Shown piece after piece: positions 62,150 through 64,000 of a stretch of DNA of 64,000 bases (the stretch's first letter is position 1; each line of letters begins with the position of its first letter). The notes under the pieces were generated by a model, which saw only the letters and a program-made list of their open reading frames with translations, made no database searches and was not told the DNA's origin. Both the position numbers and the translations under genes were made by a program. Source of the stretch: Antedon mediterranea (taxonomy: Eukaryota > Animalia > Echinodermata); contig NC_092680.1 of NCBI RefSeq assembly GCF_964355755.1, positions 15,571,045 to 15,635,044 of the forward strand. Direction: 5' to 3'.

Positions 62150-64000
62150 CTAAAAATATTAAATAATACGTTATGCCGACTTTGACGTTTGAGAAATTAT
62201 GTCTAGTGTAATGTTTTGCTAACATAAAGAATCAATAATTTGTACAAAGAAAACAATTGTAGAATTGTTATAGGAAACATCTCTTCAAGTTGTACTAAAA
62301 ACAAGACGATTCCCGTACAAAAAGCTTAGCTTAAATTAACTTAAAATTAAGCAATCAGTTTGATGTCAGTCGGTTCAATTGTATGATGGACGGTGCAGAT
62401 TTACCATGGTTTTTATAATGCTGTTGTTCTTGTTTCATGTTGTTATTAAAATACTTATTGTGTAAAAAACGAAATAGTGTATGTACAATATTGTTTACGT
62501 TTTGAAAAACACTGAATTGTTTTGCATTGGTAAAAAGAAACCAAAGAAAGGATTCATAATGTTGATAGCCAAGTAAAAATGAAACTTTAGTAGTAAATTT
62601 TGATGTTGGAAATCATAAATTTCTTAAAAATAAACATTGACAACGTTTATTTTTTATTTAGGTTAATAAGAATAAATTACCGTATATATAATAGTTATAT
62701 GATATGTTCGTTTAATCAAATGTGAAGTAGGCTTAAAAACAAATCCTAGCCCTTGACATTATAGCTTTCATAGCTTCATCTTCAATTATATTTGAACTGC
62801 TCAGCGTTAAATGTCAGTACAATTATCATTCCTCTAACTAATATGTTTTATACTTACTATTCCCCCGACAGAAGTTTCAACTCTAGTGCAGACGAATCTT
62901 GTATATCACCTAATATCAATATTAAAAAATAATAAAATAAATAAAATACTGATTTTCCCTCTGAGTTAACTTAATTCTTTCTTTCTAAAAATAGTTTTAA
63001 CCACTCTCACTTTTGATTAAACCAACTCTTGTTGAGGTTTATCATTGTTTGCCCTATTGTCCCATGTCCTATTGGATATGGGTTATGGCAATTTCATCAC
63101 AATTGTTGACATTATCACTTTAACATTTGAACAAAATATCTCCTCTTTGATTCTGTCTTCTAGACGTCCGGCAAATTACACAAAATTCTGTGATACTAAT
63201 GAATATTGTGTCACTTTTTTACATTTTTTTTATTAAAAGAAATACAATTAAAATAGTTTGCTATTCATAAGTCTGTGTAGAGGGTTAGCCACTGCAAAAT
63301 GTAGGCGCATTCGTGTATTCTTTTAGTAGGTGGGTAGGTAAATGGAAATAATTATGCAGCCTAATAAATTTGTGATTACCGTCTTTGTAATGAACCATTA
63401 GGACTATATCTCTGATGTAAGCTCCGCCAACAATTAACACTTGCTGTTTCCGCTCTCCAATCATATCACATGATCTGCTCCAACTGTAAATAATTGAACT
63501 TGGACCGCTGCATACAGTCTTCTCGATATGTGGATTACATGACCTAAATATATTAGTATAAAAGGTAAAGGGATTCAAACAATGTAGGACTACTGCAAAT
63601 TGTAATAATATGCATCCTATATGATTATGTTCTCCGATAAGAAAAAATACCTTGCTACACATTGGTACAATGCATTACAAATTTGAAATATTGTGCCTAC
63701 AATTTAATTTGTGCTGCATTTGAAAGAATGCGCTACCCATTTTAGCAACATGCTACAAAAGTGAAACTGTAAAGTACTGGAGAACGGAGCGGTATAAAGG
63801 GTTCCTCTGCTTTTTTCTTGTTTTCTTTTTGGTTATCTTAGGATTTTATGGATCATTTGTGTGTTTAAAGCGCTTAGAAACATTGTATTAGGCGCGTTAT
63901 ATAAGCCTACCATTAATATCATTATTAAACAAATTGTGCTACACTCTCTAAATAATAATGCTGCACATTTGAATTGTGCTAATTATTTAAAACCATTACA

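Noticed and set aside
62203-62280. In-frame ATG (MFPITILQLFSLYKLLILY...) as a candidate PAL signal peptide
   Set aside because: An in-frame TAG intervenes before the 62149 exon, and I found no convincing donor; the true first exon remains unlocated.
63285-63662. 125-aa minus-strand ORF upstream of PAL
   Set aside because: No recognisable PHM or other domain, non-ATG start, and no clear splice link.

Overview
AT-rich, intron-containing eukaryotic DNA, most likely from a marine invertebrate. A Deu/Nin-core SINE and a bifunctional, membrane-anchored PAM fit a deuterostome such as an echinoderm (inference). Four protein-coding genes were reconstructed by hand from GT-AG sites and reading-frame phase. 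(1) The 5' part of a JHAMT-like SAM methyltransferase (minus strand, runs off the window start). (2) A complete 17-coding-exon bifunctional PAM (PHM + PAL + TM + cytosolic tail, about 876 aa, 12926-46709). (3) A two-exon PACRG-family gene (50626-52081). (4) A second, apparently soluble PAL gene (minus strand, 62149-55818, 5' end not found) converging on the first two. Introns and intergenic DNA are dense with TE relics: RTE and L2/CR1-type LINE fragments, tRNA-derived SINEs, Helentron-like elements, and Harbinger-, Kolobok- and hAT-like MITEs. The most notable observations are a tandem repeat carrying a minimal type I hammerhead-ribozyme motif in the last PAM intron, a roughly five-level nested TE stack, hAT-like elements with 5-bp TSDs, an AG-free hierarchical satellite filling a PAL intron, and the PAM-PACRG-PAL linkage. 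All coordinates were read manually and no searches were run.
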